From IMG/VR virus record IMGVR_UViG_3300025849_001733, positions 1,714 through 65,713 of that record: DNA of 64,000 bases; one strand, 5' to 3'. The notes below the pieces were generated by a model. The model was given only the letters and a program-made list of their open reading frames with translations, had not been told where the DNA came from and searched no databases. The stretch's first letter is position 1. Each line of letters starts with the position of its first letter. Of the stretch, positions 21,827 to 31,789 are shown piece by piece. The position numbers and the translations under genes were made by a program. This DNA is from a virus (Duplodnaviria > Caudoviricetes).

Positions 21827-22784
21827 TATTACTGAGTTTGGCCAGAAAACTCTCCTAAAGAGCCATCTTTTCACGGTTTCGTGGATCCTGGCTAGATTTT
21901 GTAATTATTCATGCAGTTATTGCTGGCCATACGCTAGATCTAGTACCCCTGACCATCAGGATTTAGAATTGTACTTAAAGACCATAGATAGTATCAAAGC
22001 ACAGGCTCGCGCAAACGGGTTTACAGACTTCCATTTTAGTTTTAGTGGAGGCGAACCTACAGCATATAAATACTTTGGAGATGTTATTGATCATTATTGT
22101 AATGATAGCGATCCTAAATATCAAAGTATACATATGACTACTAATTTGTCTCCTGGAAGCAAATGGTGGAATAGATGGATAGAATCAACAAGCAAACTTC
22201 AGCGTAGAAGTATTACAGCAAGCTATCACGCAGAGTTTGCTAATGAACAAGAGTTTGGAGACAAATGTCTTCAACTTATGAAAGCAGGTGTACATGTTAC
22301 GATTAATCAAGTTATGGTTCCAGAAATGTTTGAAGATCTTTACGAAAGGCTTGAACGATTTGCCACCAGAGGTATTAACGTCACTCTCAAGCCCCAGTCC
22401 GATCCAACCGCCTCCTACGTGGTACATGGATATAGTGAAGACCAGATCACAAGAATGCAAACCGGATTCCCGCAACAAATCCAAGGCGAAACAATCGCTC
22501 AAATCGAACTTAAAGATGCTCAAGGAGTAACTTACGAGTTAGATCAAGCAGAACGGTTTAACGCATTTGGCTTTAACAAGTTTAAAGGTTGGACATGTAA
22601 TGCAGGATACCAAGGATGTGTTATACGTGAGAACGAAGTTAAGCGAAGCTATAGTTGCCATGATGAACCCTTAGGCACGTTAGACGGCGGATTTGAGCTG
22701 TTTAAAGCACCATCTAAGTGTATTACTCCTAGTTGTGTAAGTAGTGCTGATAGCAAAATACCAAAGGTAAAATATGAAAATTGA
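21795..22784 (+). CDS. Radical SAM protein with short C-terminal Cys domain
   Basis: CNYSCSYC; SGGEPT; GWTCNAG...SC...C...C. Confidence 0.9.
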   Translation: MNNFQNIPWDNITEFGQKTLLKSHLFTVSWILARFCNYSCSYCWPYARSSTPDHQDLELYLKTIDSIKAQARANGFTDFHFSFSGGEPTAYKYFGDVIDHYCNDSDPKYQSIHMTTNLSPGSKWWNRWIESTSKLQRRSITASYHAEFANEQEFGDKCLQLMKAGVHVTINQVMVPEMFEDLYERLERFATRGINVTLKPQSDPTASYVVHGYSEDQITRMQTGFPQQIQGETIAQIELKDAQGVTYELDQAERFNAFGFNKFKGWTCNAGYQGCVIRENEVKRSYSCHDEPLGTLDGGFELFKAPSKCITPSCVSSADSKIPKVKYEN

Positions 22785-23379
22785 TATACAAGACGTATTA
22801 TTTTGGATGGATGCAATCCGCAATAGCGATGATCAATATCGCACACTTGAAAGTTTTTGGAAAGGGCAAGTAAACAGTAAAGTATGGCTAGCAACCGAGT
22901 TATATAAAACAATATCCAAAACAAAGAAGAATAATATAGTTATATACGGTGGTTGGAACGGAGTGCTGGCAAGTATACTGTTTAACAGTCGCCTACCTTT
23001 AAAACGCATTACAAGCGTGGATATAGACCCTGTGTGCGAAGATATAGCAAACACAGTAAACAAGCGTTATGAAATGTTAGGTAAATTTGAAGCTGTTACA
23101 CATGACATGTGTAAGTACGTTACAGGGGCAGATGTTGTAATTAATACAAGTTGTGAACACATAACACAAGAGCAATACGATCAATGGTTAGATAATCAAC
23201 CTGACAATGCACTAATTGTACTACAAAGCAATAACTATTTTGATCTAGACGAACATATTAGATGCAGTACAGATTTAGATGACTTTACCCGTATGAGTAA
23301 AATAAAACCCTATTACAGGGGAACACTCGATATGCCAAAATATGATCGTTATATGATAATAGGTAAAAAGAATGTTTAG
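22774..23379 (+). CDS. Class I SAM-dependent methyltransferase
   Basis: IYGGWNG motif I, VDID, INTSCEH. Confidence 0.75.
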   Translation: MKIDIQDVLFWMDAIRNSDDQYRTLESFWKGQVNSKVWLATELYKTISKTKKNNIVIYGGWNGVLASILFNSRLPLKRITSVDIDPVCEDIANTVNKRYEMLGKFEAVTHDMCKYVTGADVVINTSCEHITQEQYDQWLDNQPDNALIVLQSNNYFDLDEHIRCSTDLDDFTRMSKIKPYYRGTLDMPKYDRYMIIGKKNV

Positions 23380-24451
23380 TTTTAGTGATTTAAAAGATAT
23401 ACACTTAGAAATTACAAATCGCTGCCAAGCAAGTTGTCCAATGTGTAGTAGAAACTATCATGGGGGACTTGAAAATCCTCTTATCAAAAACAATGACTGG
23501 ACATTAGAAGATTTTAAAAAGATATTATCAATAGATGTACTTGAACAAATAAATGGTTTTTACTTTTGTGGAAACTTTGGTGATCCTATTATCAATGACG
23601 AATTAATTGAGATGGTAGAGTATGCCGCAACAATTAATCCTAAATTAAATATTAGAATACACACAAACGGAAGTGCAAGAAATATAGACTGGTGGACACG
23701 ACTTGCAAAAGTATTGCCGGATACACACAACGTTATTTTTGCTATTGACGGATTAGAAGATACACATAAGCTCTATCGAATAGGAACAAGCTACAGAAAG
23801 ATATTACAAAATGCAAAAGCATTTATTGATGCAGGTGGAACAGCAGAATGGTGTTTTATAAAATTTAAACACAACGAGCATCAAGTAGAACAAGCACAGG
23901 ACATTGCAAAACAACTAGGATTTAGTTTATTTGTTGAAAAGAATAGTAGCAGATTTATTGGCACTCCTGAATTTCCTGTATACAACAAGACTGGAGAAAC
24001 TACACATTACTTAGAAGCACCTAGTAATAGTGATGTTACATTTATTACAGAAGATACAGTTAAGAATTATAAAGATATATTAAGTAATTCAAAGATAGAC
24101 TGTTATGTATTACAAACTAAAGAAGTATATATTGATGCATATAAAAATATATTTCCTTGTTGCTTCTTAGCAAGCACACCGTACAACTATGCAAAACCAA
24201 ATGACATTACAACTACAGTAAGAACACATATGCACGAACAATATTTAGACTTAATAGAAAAATTAGGAAATACTAATGCACTTGAAAATACTTTACAACA
24301 AGTAATTGATTCACTTTCTTGGCAAACTGTGTGGAAAAACTATTGGGGTGACGACATGTTAATTACATGCGCAAGAACTTGTGGCCGATCAAAAGAATTG
24401 CCTAAGCCCAAGGATCAATTTATTAAAGTAATAGGATTAAACAATGAGTGA
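23372..24451 (+). CDS. Radical SAM protein with C-terminal SPASM/twitch domain
   Basis: CQASCPMC; GNFGDP; IFPCC...CARTC. Confidence 0.9.
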   Translation: MFSFSDLKDIHLEITNRCQASCPMCSRNYHGGLENPLIKNNDWTLEDFKKILSIDVLEQINGFYFCGNFGDPIINDELIEMVEYAATINPKLNIRIHTNGSARNIDWWTRLAKVLPDTHNVIFAIDGLEDTHKLYRIGTSYRKILQNAKAFIDAGGTAEWCFIKFKHNEHQVEQAQDIAKQLGFSLFVEKNSSRFIGTPEFPVYNKTGETTHYLEAPSNSDVTFITEDTVKNYKDILSNSKIDCYVLQTKEVYIDAYKNIFPCCFLASTPYNYAKPNDITTTVRTHMHEQYLDLIEKLGNTNALENTLQQVIDSLSWQTVWKNYWGDDMLITCARTCGRSKELPKPKDQFIKVIGLNNE

Positions 24452-25869
24452 AAACTGGTGGTATAATAATAAAGATAGTGAACTAGGTAAGTATCAGCGA
24501 AACATTGAAACTAGTTCAAATAGTCCTACATTCTGCGTTTTACCTTGGATACATTTTGCTACTAGGCCCAATGGTGATATGAGATTATGCTGTTCGTCAA
24601 ATGCTAGTGGCGCAGGAGGAGACCATACTGTTGGTCTTGTCAAAATGGAAAACGGTAAAGCAGCTAACTTTGGCAAAGATACACCTATGGAAGCATGGAA
24701 TAACGATTACATGAAAAGTGTAAGGACGACTATGCTTGATGGCAAAATACCTGCAAGTTGTGCAAAGTGTTTTCAAGAAGAAAAGGTGGGCGTAGTAAGT
24801 AAGCGTATATGGGAAACAGAAACTTGGCGTCGAGATGACGACGGCGTAGATATTCCATACTTAATTGAGCAAACACAAGCAGACGGAACAGTACCGGAAG
24901 AATTAGTTTACTTAGATCTGCGACTAGGCCATACGTGTAATATTAAATGCGTAATGTGTAGTCCACACGATAGTTCAAAGTGGGTAGCAGATCATAAAAA
25001 ACTTATTCCTGTATTACAAGATCCGGAAGTTAAAAGGCAAATGCAATTTGACAGAAGTACATTTAACAATAAGTGGCATGAAAAAGATACATTTTGGGAA
25101 GAAATGTATGCACAAATACCTAATCTAAAACAAGTGTACTTTGCAGGCGGCGAGCCTTTAATGATTAAAGAACACAAGATGTTTATTGAAGAAATATTAC
25201 GTCAAGGATATCAAGATAAAATACTTCTACGTTATAACTCTAATGGATTATTAGTTGACGAAGATCTAATTGAAATGTGGAGCAAGTTTAAGAAAGTTAA
25301 ATTTGCTGTAAGCATGGACGCTAGTCACGAACGTGACGAATACATACGTTTTCCTACAGACTTCGAAACTGTAGAAAAAACTCTACATATGCTTGACAAC
25401 ACTCCTGACAATATACAAACAAGTTTAGCAACAGCAATTCAAATATTCAACGTAAAACACTTACCAGACTTTATGAAATGGAAATTGGAAAGCGGATTTA
25501 AAAAACTAAATGTCGGCGAAGTTCCAGGCGGAGTACAAATGGGAGGCGGCCGGCGGCCTAGTTAACATGCACTTACTATACATTCCAACATTTCTAAGTA
25601 TACAAATTTTACCTAAAGATGATAAAGAAGAAGTTAAAGAACGTTTTATGGACTTTAAAGATTGGCTATGGAAAAACTATAGACAAGATGACGAATATTG
25701 GAAACATAATCCATATGGGTGGAAACGTTGGGAAGCAGTTCTTAATCATATGAATGCACAGGACAACAGTCACTTATTACCAGGATTTAAAGAATATACA
25801 AACAAACTTGATGCAATACGCAATCTAAATGCAGCCAAGGTATTTCCAGAGCTTGCTCACTTGCTATGA
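24444..25869 (+). pseudogene. N-twitch radical SAM protein frameshifted by a 7-bp tandem duplication (restored 472 aa)
   Basis: FCVLPW...LCC...SCAKC; CNIKCVMC; deleting one GGCGGCC reads QMGGGLVNMHLL into 25510..25869. Confidence 0.85.
25545..25558. repeat. Exact 7-bp tandem duplication GGCGGCC x2
   Basis: 25545-25551 = 25552-25558. Confidence 0.85.
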
Positions 25870-26816
25870 TCAATCGTATTGAAAACAATCAAGATTCTAA
25901 TATGGTGCGTATTGAATATATGCCAGGCAACACTTGTAACCATAAGTGTCATTATTGTTTTCCAGGCAGCAACGAAGGCGACCAGCCTTGGCCAGACGTT
26001 AGTATAGTAAAACAAAATCTATCACATCTACTAACACACTATGAGAACAATGGCAAGCCTAAAAGTAACTTATACATTGTAGGCGGTGAGCCTACATTAT
26101 GGAAAGGCTTAGAAGAACTTTGTCAGTATTTAAAAAGCAAACATAACATTATTATTGAAATGAGTACAAACGGTACTCGCAAACTTAATTGGTGGAAAGC
26201 TAATGCAAAGAATTTTGACCATGTTGAAGTTAGTGTACACAGAGAGTTTGCTAATCTTGATCATTTAATAACAGTATGCGATACACTGTATGACTTAGGT
26301 GTATTTGTTAATGCTGACGTTTTAATAGACCCAACTGACTTTAAACAAAGCGTGGCTAATCTTGAATATCTAAAAACACACTGTAAAAACAAATGGCCTA
26401 TTATTGCAAAAATAGTTCATTTTAATGGTCAACATAGATATACTGACACACAACTAGAATATTTTGAAAACGTAATTAAACAATATCCTACACAAGAATG
26501 GTTTGATACAGCTAATAAAAAACCTCTAAGAAACATAAAGATACATTCAGATGATAACATCATTACTGTAAACAACGACAATTATTTAATTGCAAATAAT
26601 TTAAATAAGTTTCAAGGATGGACTTGTAACTTAGGTGTAGACTTTATAAAAATATTTCCAGATGGAAGAATTACAGGAAACTGTCAACAAAAACTATTTG
26701 GCAATTTACATGATGATGACTTTACACAAACATATAGTCCTGAGATTAAACCTTTAGTATGCGATAGATATCGTTGCGTATGTAGTGAAGAAACGGTAAT
26801 AGAAAAATATGCCTGA
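25866..26816 (+). CDS. Radical SAM protein with short C-terminal Cys domain
   Basis: CNHKCHYC; VGGEPT; GWTCNLG...C...CDRYRCVC. Confidence 0.9.
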   Translation: MINRIENNQDSNMVRIEYMPGNTCNHKCHYCFPGSNEGDQPWPDVSIVKQNLSHLLTHYENNGKPKSNLYIVGGEPTLWKGLEELCQYLKSKHNIIIEMSTNGTRKLNWWKANAKNFDHVEVSVHREFANLDHLITVCDTLYDLGVFVNADVLIDPTDFKQSVANLEYLKTHCKNKWPIIAKIVHFNGQHRYTDTQLEYFENVIKQYPTQEWFDTANKKPLRNIKIHSDDNIITVNNDNYLIANNLNKFQGWTCNLGVDFIKIFPDGRITGNCQQKLFGNLHDDDFTQTYSPEIKPLVCDRYRCVCSEETVIEKYA

Positions 26817-27873
26817 CTTTGATATATTAGAACCTTTAGATAATCTATACTTTTCGGTAGAATGGGAAACTACTTTAAAATGTAATCTAGACTGTAGTTA
26901 CTGTGGCAAAGATGGTCATGATAATACTAAACCTCATCCTAGTTTAGATGATAGTTTAAAAACACTAGACTTTATGTTTGATTACTTAGAACTACAAATG
27001 AAGGATAAACCGCAATACTTCCAACAGCATGTTAATCTAAATGTATTTGGCGGCGAAAGTTTATTTCACCCTAATATTATAGAAATATTAGATTATGCAA
27101 ATGAAAAAAGAAATGCTGCACCTTGGCAAATGCATATAAGCACAATTACTAATGCTGTAGTTGGCCCAAATCTTTGGAAAAAAATAGTAGATAAAATAGA
27201 TTATTTTACTGTTAGTTTTCATGTAGAAAGTTTAGATAAACAAAAAGATCAAATAAAACAAAATTTATTATACCTGCAAAATAAAGAAAAAAAGTTTCAC
27301 GTTAGTATTATGATGCACCCTAAGTATTGGGATGAATGTATTGATATCGTAGAATGGTGTAAAACTAATAATATAGTCTGTACTCCGAGACAAATAGATC
27401 ACCATTGGTTAGATCGAAGATTTATATATAATGATAAACAATCATCTTTTTTAACCGGAGAAGAACCTATTAGAATAGTAGATAAAATAGGAAAGGTACT
27501 GACTAATGGTATAAAGCTAACACCATCTGGAAGATCTTGTTGTAGTAATCAAAATATGTGTACTAACAAATGTGACACAGTTAATTATGTGCAAAATAAT
27601 TTTAAAGGATGGCATTGTAGCGTAGACAAGTTCTTTTTATACATTAGACAGACAACCGGTGAAGTCTTTACAAATAAAGATTGTAAAATGAATCATGATG
27701 GGAAAGTTGGTCCTATTGGTTATTTAAACGACACTCGATCTATTATTAATAATCTAAAAAAAGGAACACCTACTATTATATGTAAAAAGTCTGCGTGTTG
27801 GTGCGGACTGTGTGCTCCTAAAGCAAGTAATAAAACGGATTATACTACAATAATGGAAAAATATAAGAGATAA
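26809..27873 (+). CDS. Radical SAM protein with Cys-rich C-terminus
   Basis: CNLDCSYC; FGGES; GRSCC...GWHCSVD...CKKSACWCGLC. Confidence 0.9.
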   Translation: MPDFDILEPLDNLYFSVEWETTLKCNLDCSYCGKDGHDNTKPHPSLDDSLKTLDFMFDYLELQMKDKPQYFQQHVNLNVFGGESLFHPNIIEILDYANEKRNAAPWQMHISTITNAVVGPNLWKKIVDKIDYFTVSFHVESLDKQKDQIKQNLLYLQNKEKKFHVSIMMHPKYWDECIDIVEWCKTNNIVCTPRQIDHHWLDRRFIYNDKQSSFLTGEEPIRIVDKIGKVLTNGIKLTPSGRSCCSNQNMCTNKCDTVNYVQNNFKGWHCSVDKFFLYIRQTTGEVFTNKDCKMNHDGKVGPIGYLNDTRSIINNLKKGTPTIICKKSACWCGLCAPKASNKTDYTTIMEKYKR

Positions 27874-27879
27874 AAACTG

Positions 27880-28956
27880 TTAAACGTGTTCTTTAAATAT
27901 AAGTTCCCATTCAGAAACTTTTTTAGCTTTAGGTATACACATACCACATCCGCAACGTGCATTAGGACAAATCATAGGAGTGTCTAATTGAATTTCGTCT
28001 AGCATTTGTTGAGTATTTGATAGGTTACCAATTGCACCTATAGTTCCGTCTTTACGTGCTTGGCAAGTTTGATGATGATATACTTCGCCAGTTTCTTGGT
28101 CAATGTGTAAAAAGAACCAATCAACCATACAGTGCCAACCTTTAAATTTATTTTCAACTAATTTAACTGGTTGCCAATTATCTTCAACTAATCCTTCTAA
28201 GCATCTTCCGCCACAACACTTACGACCCATTTCTTCCCCTTCAGCAGGACGTTGGGCTTTTTCAGTTATACCAATGTCTTTCCAGAACCAGTCTACTTGA
28301 TCAGCACTGTATTCGTGACTTGTTCGTCGCATAACGCCGTCACTATCTTTAAACCATCCAGCTTGGGTTTCATTACCGTCACCTAATGGAACAGCATTAT
28401 ATTTAATATTATGAATTTTACAAAATTCAACTATTTCTTTTGCTTCTTCGAAATAATCTACATGCATCATTACATTTATTTGTAGCCAGACATGTTCAAG
28501 TTCTTTTACTAGTAGTATATTATCAAGCACTCTTTGTTTTAGTACAGGATCAGCTTCAGCATGCCAGCTAATAGTAATTCCGTCTATATATTTTGCTATT
28601 CGGTCTATATGCTTCTCTGGCCAAGTGCCGTTAGTAGTTAACCCTACATTGTAACCTTCATAGGTTTTTATATATTTTACAATATTCCAAAACTGTGGGT
28701 TAACTGTAGGTTCACCACCTGTAAAATCTATATTAACATGTTGTTGATTTTTTTTATGTAAGTTATACTTTGTAGTCCATTCTTGTATAAAGTTAAATGT
28801 ATTTTTCATTGAATCTAAAGATGCATGTTTACTTGTATTATTATGTCTACTTGCTAGACAATATGTACAATCGTAGTTACATCGTCTTCCTAGATCCCAG
28901 GTAACCATCATTGGTTCTGGATTAATTAAATTAATTGCTGTTGTTGTCGTTATCAT
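27880..28956 (-). CDS. Radical SAM protein, close paralog of 26809
   Basis: CNYDCTYC; TGGEPT; GRKCC...GWHCMVD...CPNARCGCGMC. Confidence 0.9.
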   Translation of the reverse strand: MITTTTAINLINPEPMMVTWDLGRRCNYDCTYCLASRHNNTSKHASLDSMKNTFNFIQEWTTKYNLHKKNQQHVNIDFTGGEPTVNPQFWNIVKYIKTYEGYNVGLTTNGTWPEKHIDRIAKYIDGITISWHAEADPVLKQRVLDNILLVKELEHVWLQINVMMHVDYFEEAKEIVEFCKIHNIKYNAVPLGDGNETQAGWFKDSDGVMRRTSHEYSADQVDWFWKDIGITEKAQRPAEGEEMGRKCCGGRCLEGLVEDNWQPVKLVENKFKGWHCMVDWFFLHIDQETGEVYHHQTCQARKDGTIGAIGNLSNTQQMLDEIQLDTPMICPNARCGCGMCIPKAKKVSEWELIFKEHV

Positions 28957-29861
28957 TTGTTTATAACCTTTGTAAGAGGAATATCAGCAACACACGTACA
29001 CCATTTACGTGTACATGTAATAGGAGTAACAGGTGATTCAAAAGTTCCGTTGTATATATTACCTAAACTTCCGCCTACTCTACAAGTAGCACGATGTACC
29101 TCTCCGTCCCAATTAATCATTAAACTTTCTAGACCAGCATTACACTGCCAACCTTCGAACTGATTTAACTTGTGTTTGATAATATCGTTAGCATGTATTT
29201 TAGTTTCTTCGTCTACTACACAGTTTGCTTTTACAGTTGCCGTTTTACTTAAGATCCATTCTAAGTCTTTTTCTTTATACCGCATATCGTCAAACCAATC
29301 GCGATCATCTGCCTCGGTCCATCGTATACGTCTGCACACATAAGGTATATTATGTCCTTCTAATAATATAGCAGCAGCTTTTACATCGTCCATATATTCA
29401 TGATGACACATTAGATTAACTTGGAACAGCGTATCTTTACTTTCCATATCTAATAGCTGTGTATACCTTAGAACATTTTCTGATGCTCTCATAGAATGTT
29501 CGTTATCAAAATGTAAACTAAACACCCATTGGTCAACAGGTTGTTTTACATACCATTCGGGATGTCTTAGTCCGTTGGTTGTAACACTCAGCCATTGTAG
29601 TCGCTTACTTGCACATTCTAATATATCATTAATCTTAGGATGTACAGTAGGTTCACCACCAGTTAAACTTAATCGAATAGGTTTGTTTATTTGCTCTAGT
29701 TCATAAATGGTGTTAACCATAACGTCTAAATCAGTGTGTGGCGAAAAGTTATCATGTATTTCTGCAGGACAGTATGCACAATCTAAATTACAGCGTTTCC
29801 CAATGTTCCATTCAACATGGATACTATCTTGATGTCCCCAGCGACTTTCTACTTTAAACAT
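28953..29861 (-). CDS. Radical SAM protein with short C-terminal Cys domain
   Basis: CNLDCAYC; TGGEPT; GWQCNAG...TC...CTRKWCTC. Confidence 0.9.
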   Translation of the reverse strand: MFKVESRWGHQDSIHVEWNIGKRCNLDCAYCPAEIHDNFSPHTDLDVMVNTIYELEQINKPIRLSLTGGEPTVHPKINDILECASKRLQWLSVTTNGLRHPEWYVKQPVDQWVFSLHFDNEHSMRASENVLRYTQLLDMESKDTLFQVNLMCHHEYMDDVKAAAILLEGHNIPYVCRRIRWTEADDRDWFDDMRYKEKDLEWILSKTATVKANCVVDEETKIHANDIIKHKLNQFEGWQCNAGLESLMINWDGEVHRATCRVGGSLGNIYNGTFESPVTPITCTRKWCTCVADIPLTKVINK

Positions 29862-31125
29862 ATTGTTTAAACTCTGGGTTAGCTAATAAAAAATCTTGTC
29901 CCCGGGTTTTATCTAAACGTTTGTTAAATTCAATACAGTCTTGCCAGTGTGTGAGGTGCATATCTTTTGCTTGTAAGAAATTGATATTATCCTGTATTTG
30001 TTGTAGAGTAACCTGTTTAATAATGTCGTTTTCTTTTACTAGTTTATAGTCTAATACCTTAGTCTTCATTTGTTCTAAGCGGTTAACAACTTTTGTTTTG
30101 AGTAATTGTGGTATAACCTGCGCACTAAGAGCCATTGGATAGTTTACCCTATGCGAATAAAATATAATACCCATTTCTTCTAAGAAGTATTCAATAACTT
30201 CATCTATTTGCATAATGTTGTTTGCCTGTACAGTAAATGCACCTACTACTCTACTTACATTAGGAAAGCTCTTAAATACTTTTACATTTTCTTCTATTTC
30301 AGCAAACTTGCCGTTGCCTCTAATATATTCATATGTGTCGTGTATGCCGTCTATGCTTACGTTTACAGCAATGCTTTTAAACTTAGGCCAATAGTCGTGT
30401 ATAGTACGTCCGCCTTTTATACCTAGCGTAGTACCGTTTGTAGCATACTTTAGTTCTATATTCTCACCGTACTGTGCAAGTTTGTCTAGTATCTTATAGT
30501 GGTATGGATCCATTAACGGCTCACCGCCTGCAAACTCTACACGTCTAAAGAACGGTAGTAGTTTTTCAAAACTTGACCACCAGTTATCTGAGTTGTCAAA
30601 TGGTCCAATATATTGTCCTGGCTTGTCTACTAGTGCATCGACTGTTGGTATTAGATAGTTGTTTTCTTTTTTGTAAAATTCAGTAACTTGATCCCAATCT
30701 TTCCAGCTTGTACTGTCCAAAGGATTGCACATACGACACTTTAAATTACACAAGTTATTGAGCTTAATTTCCATTGTAGGAAACTCAAAAGGCATGCTGT
30801 AATCGTCGTCTAAAGCGTCTAATGCATCAGGGTACAAGTTGACCCTAGCTTCTGGTATTACCCCCGCTGTATGACGCTGTCGTAAGCTCTGTACACCCTG
30901 ATCTTCAAGGTCAAAGCACGGTTTACATACATCAGGACGTTCGTCATTTAGTACTTGTCTGCGTACTTCTTTCATAGCATCGTTATTCCATGCTTCTTCC
31001 AAAGTTTCTTTTTGTATCCATCCAATAGGCTGACTACGACAGCATACTTTGATAGCACCATCTTCTCTTGTAGCTAATCCTGTAAATGGATGCATACAAA
31101 ATGTGCAACTATTTGACTTTGCCAA
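29854..31125 (-). CDS. Radical SAM protein with N-terminal twitch-like domain
   Basis: FCMHPF...VCC...VCKPC; CNLKCRMC; FAGGEPL; start uncertain (TTG 31125 after GGGAG; track ORF runs to 31182). Confidence 0.88.
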   Translation of the reverse strand: MAKSNSCTFCMHPFTGLATREDGAIKVCCRSQPIGWIQKETLEEAWNNDAMKEVRRQVLNDERPDVCKPCFDLEDQGVQSLRQRHTAGVIPEARVNLYPDALDALDDDYSMPFEFPTMEIKLNNLCNLKCRMCNPLDSTSWKDWDQVTEFYKKENNYLIPTVDALVDKPGQYIGPFDNSDNWWSSFEKLLPFFRRVEFAGGEPLMDPYHYKILDKLAQYGENIELKYATNGTTLGIKGGRTIHDYWPKFKSIAVNVSIDGIHDTYEYIRGNGKFAEIEENVKVFKSFPNVSRVVGAFTVQANNIMQIDEVIEYFLEEMGIIFYSHRVNYPMALSAQVIPQLLKTKVVNRLEQMKTKVLDYKLVKENDIIKQVTLQQIQDNINFLQAKDMHLTHWQDCIEFNKRLDKTRGQDFLLANPEFKQYV

Positions 31126-31789
31126 GAGCCCACTCCCTTTCTTTACACCAAAAGCAGTTTCCACACTCCGGAACATTGTCACCTGGTTTATATGTTTTAT
31201 AATTCAACCCTTCAAACTCTCCTTCACAACTTCGAGTAGTATCTAATAAATCTGTAATGTTGTGATTATAATATTGTTGTATGATCCAGTCTTTTTTAGT
31301 ATACACGAAAGGATGACAAATGTCAATACCATTATGTACAAAATGTGGCTCAATGTGTCCATAGTCACGTTCTTCAACTTTGCCCGGAATATCAACATCT
31401 GGATTCATATTTACACCTGCATAAAGCGCATCTAAGTTGTACTTGTGTGCAATATACTCGTTGTGCGAGCGTAGTATAATTCTGTTGCCTGACTTCATTT
31501 TTCCATATTCGTCTTTGATAAGATATTCTGTAGGTTCTTCTAACTCAGGCGGAACTAAATTCTTATGTACATAAAACATATGATCAAAGTTATTTTTAAA
31601 CCATGCAATTACATTGTCGGCAACGTCTTCTTGCCAAGGTCTTGTTTTCCAGCAACGTATTTGTGTATTAAAATGTATTTCTATAGTTGTACTTACATTT
31701 TTACATATTAAGTAAGCGAGTAATGCACTGTCAGCGCCACCACTTAAACTAATTCCAATACGTTTCCAATCTTTATTAATATTTAACAA
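31109..31789 (-). CDS. QueC-like PP-loop ATP pyrophosphatase/amidoligase
   Basis: SLSGGADS PP-loop; TRSC...CGNCFWC zinc site; lacks typical QueC YGQRH/YPDC motifs. Confidence 0.7.
   Translation of the reverse strand: MLNINKDWKRIGISLSGGADSALLAYLICKNVSTTIEIHFNTQIRCWKTRPWQEDVADNVIAWFKNNFDHMFYVHKNLVPPELEEPTEYLIKDEYGKMKSGNRIILRSHNEYIAHKYNLDALYAGVNMNPDVDIPGKVEERDYGHIEPHFVHNGIDICHPFVYTKKDWIIQQYYNHNITDLLDTTRSCEGEFEGLNYKTYKPGDNVPECGNCFWCKEREWALGKVK

Noticed and set aside
21795-29861. Short rSAM proteins as viperin or MoaA orthologs
   Set aside because: They lack the viperin NYHF-type motif and the MoaA C-terminal GG; no molybdopterin genes nearby
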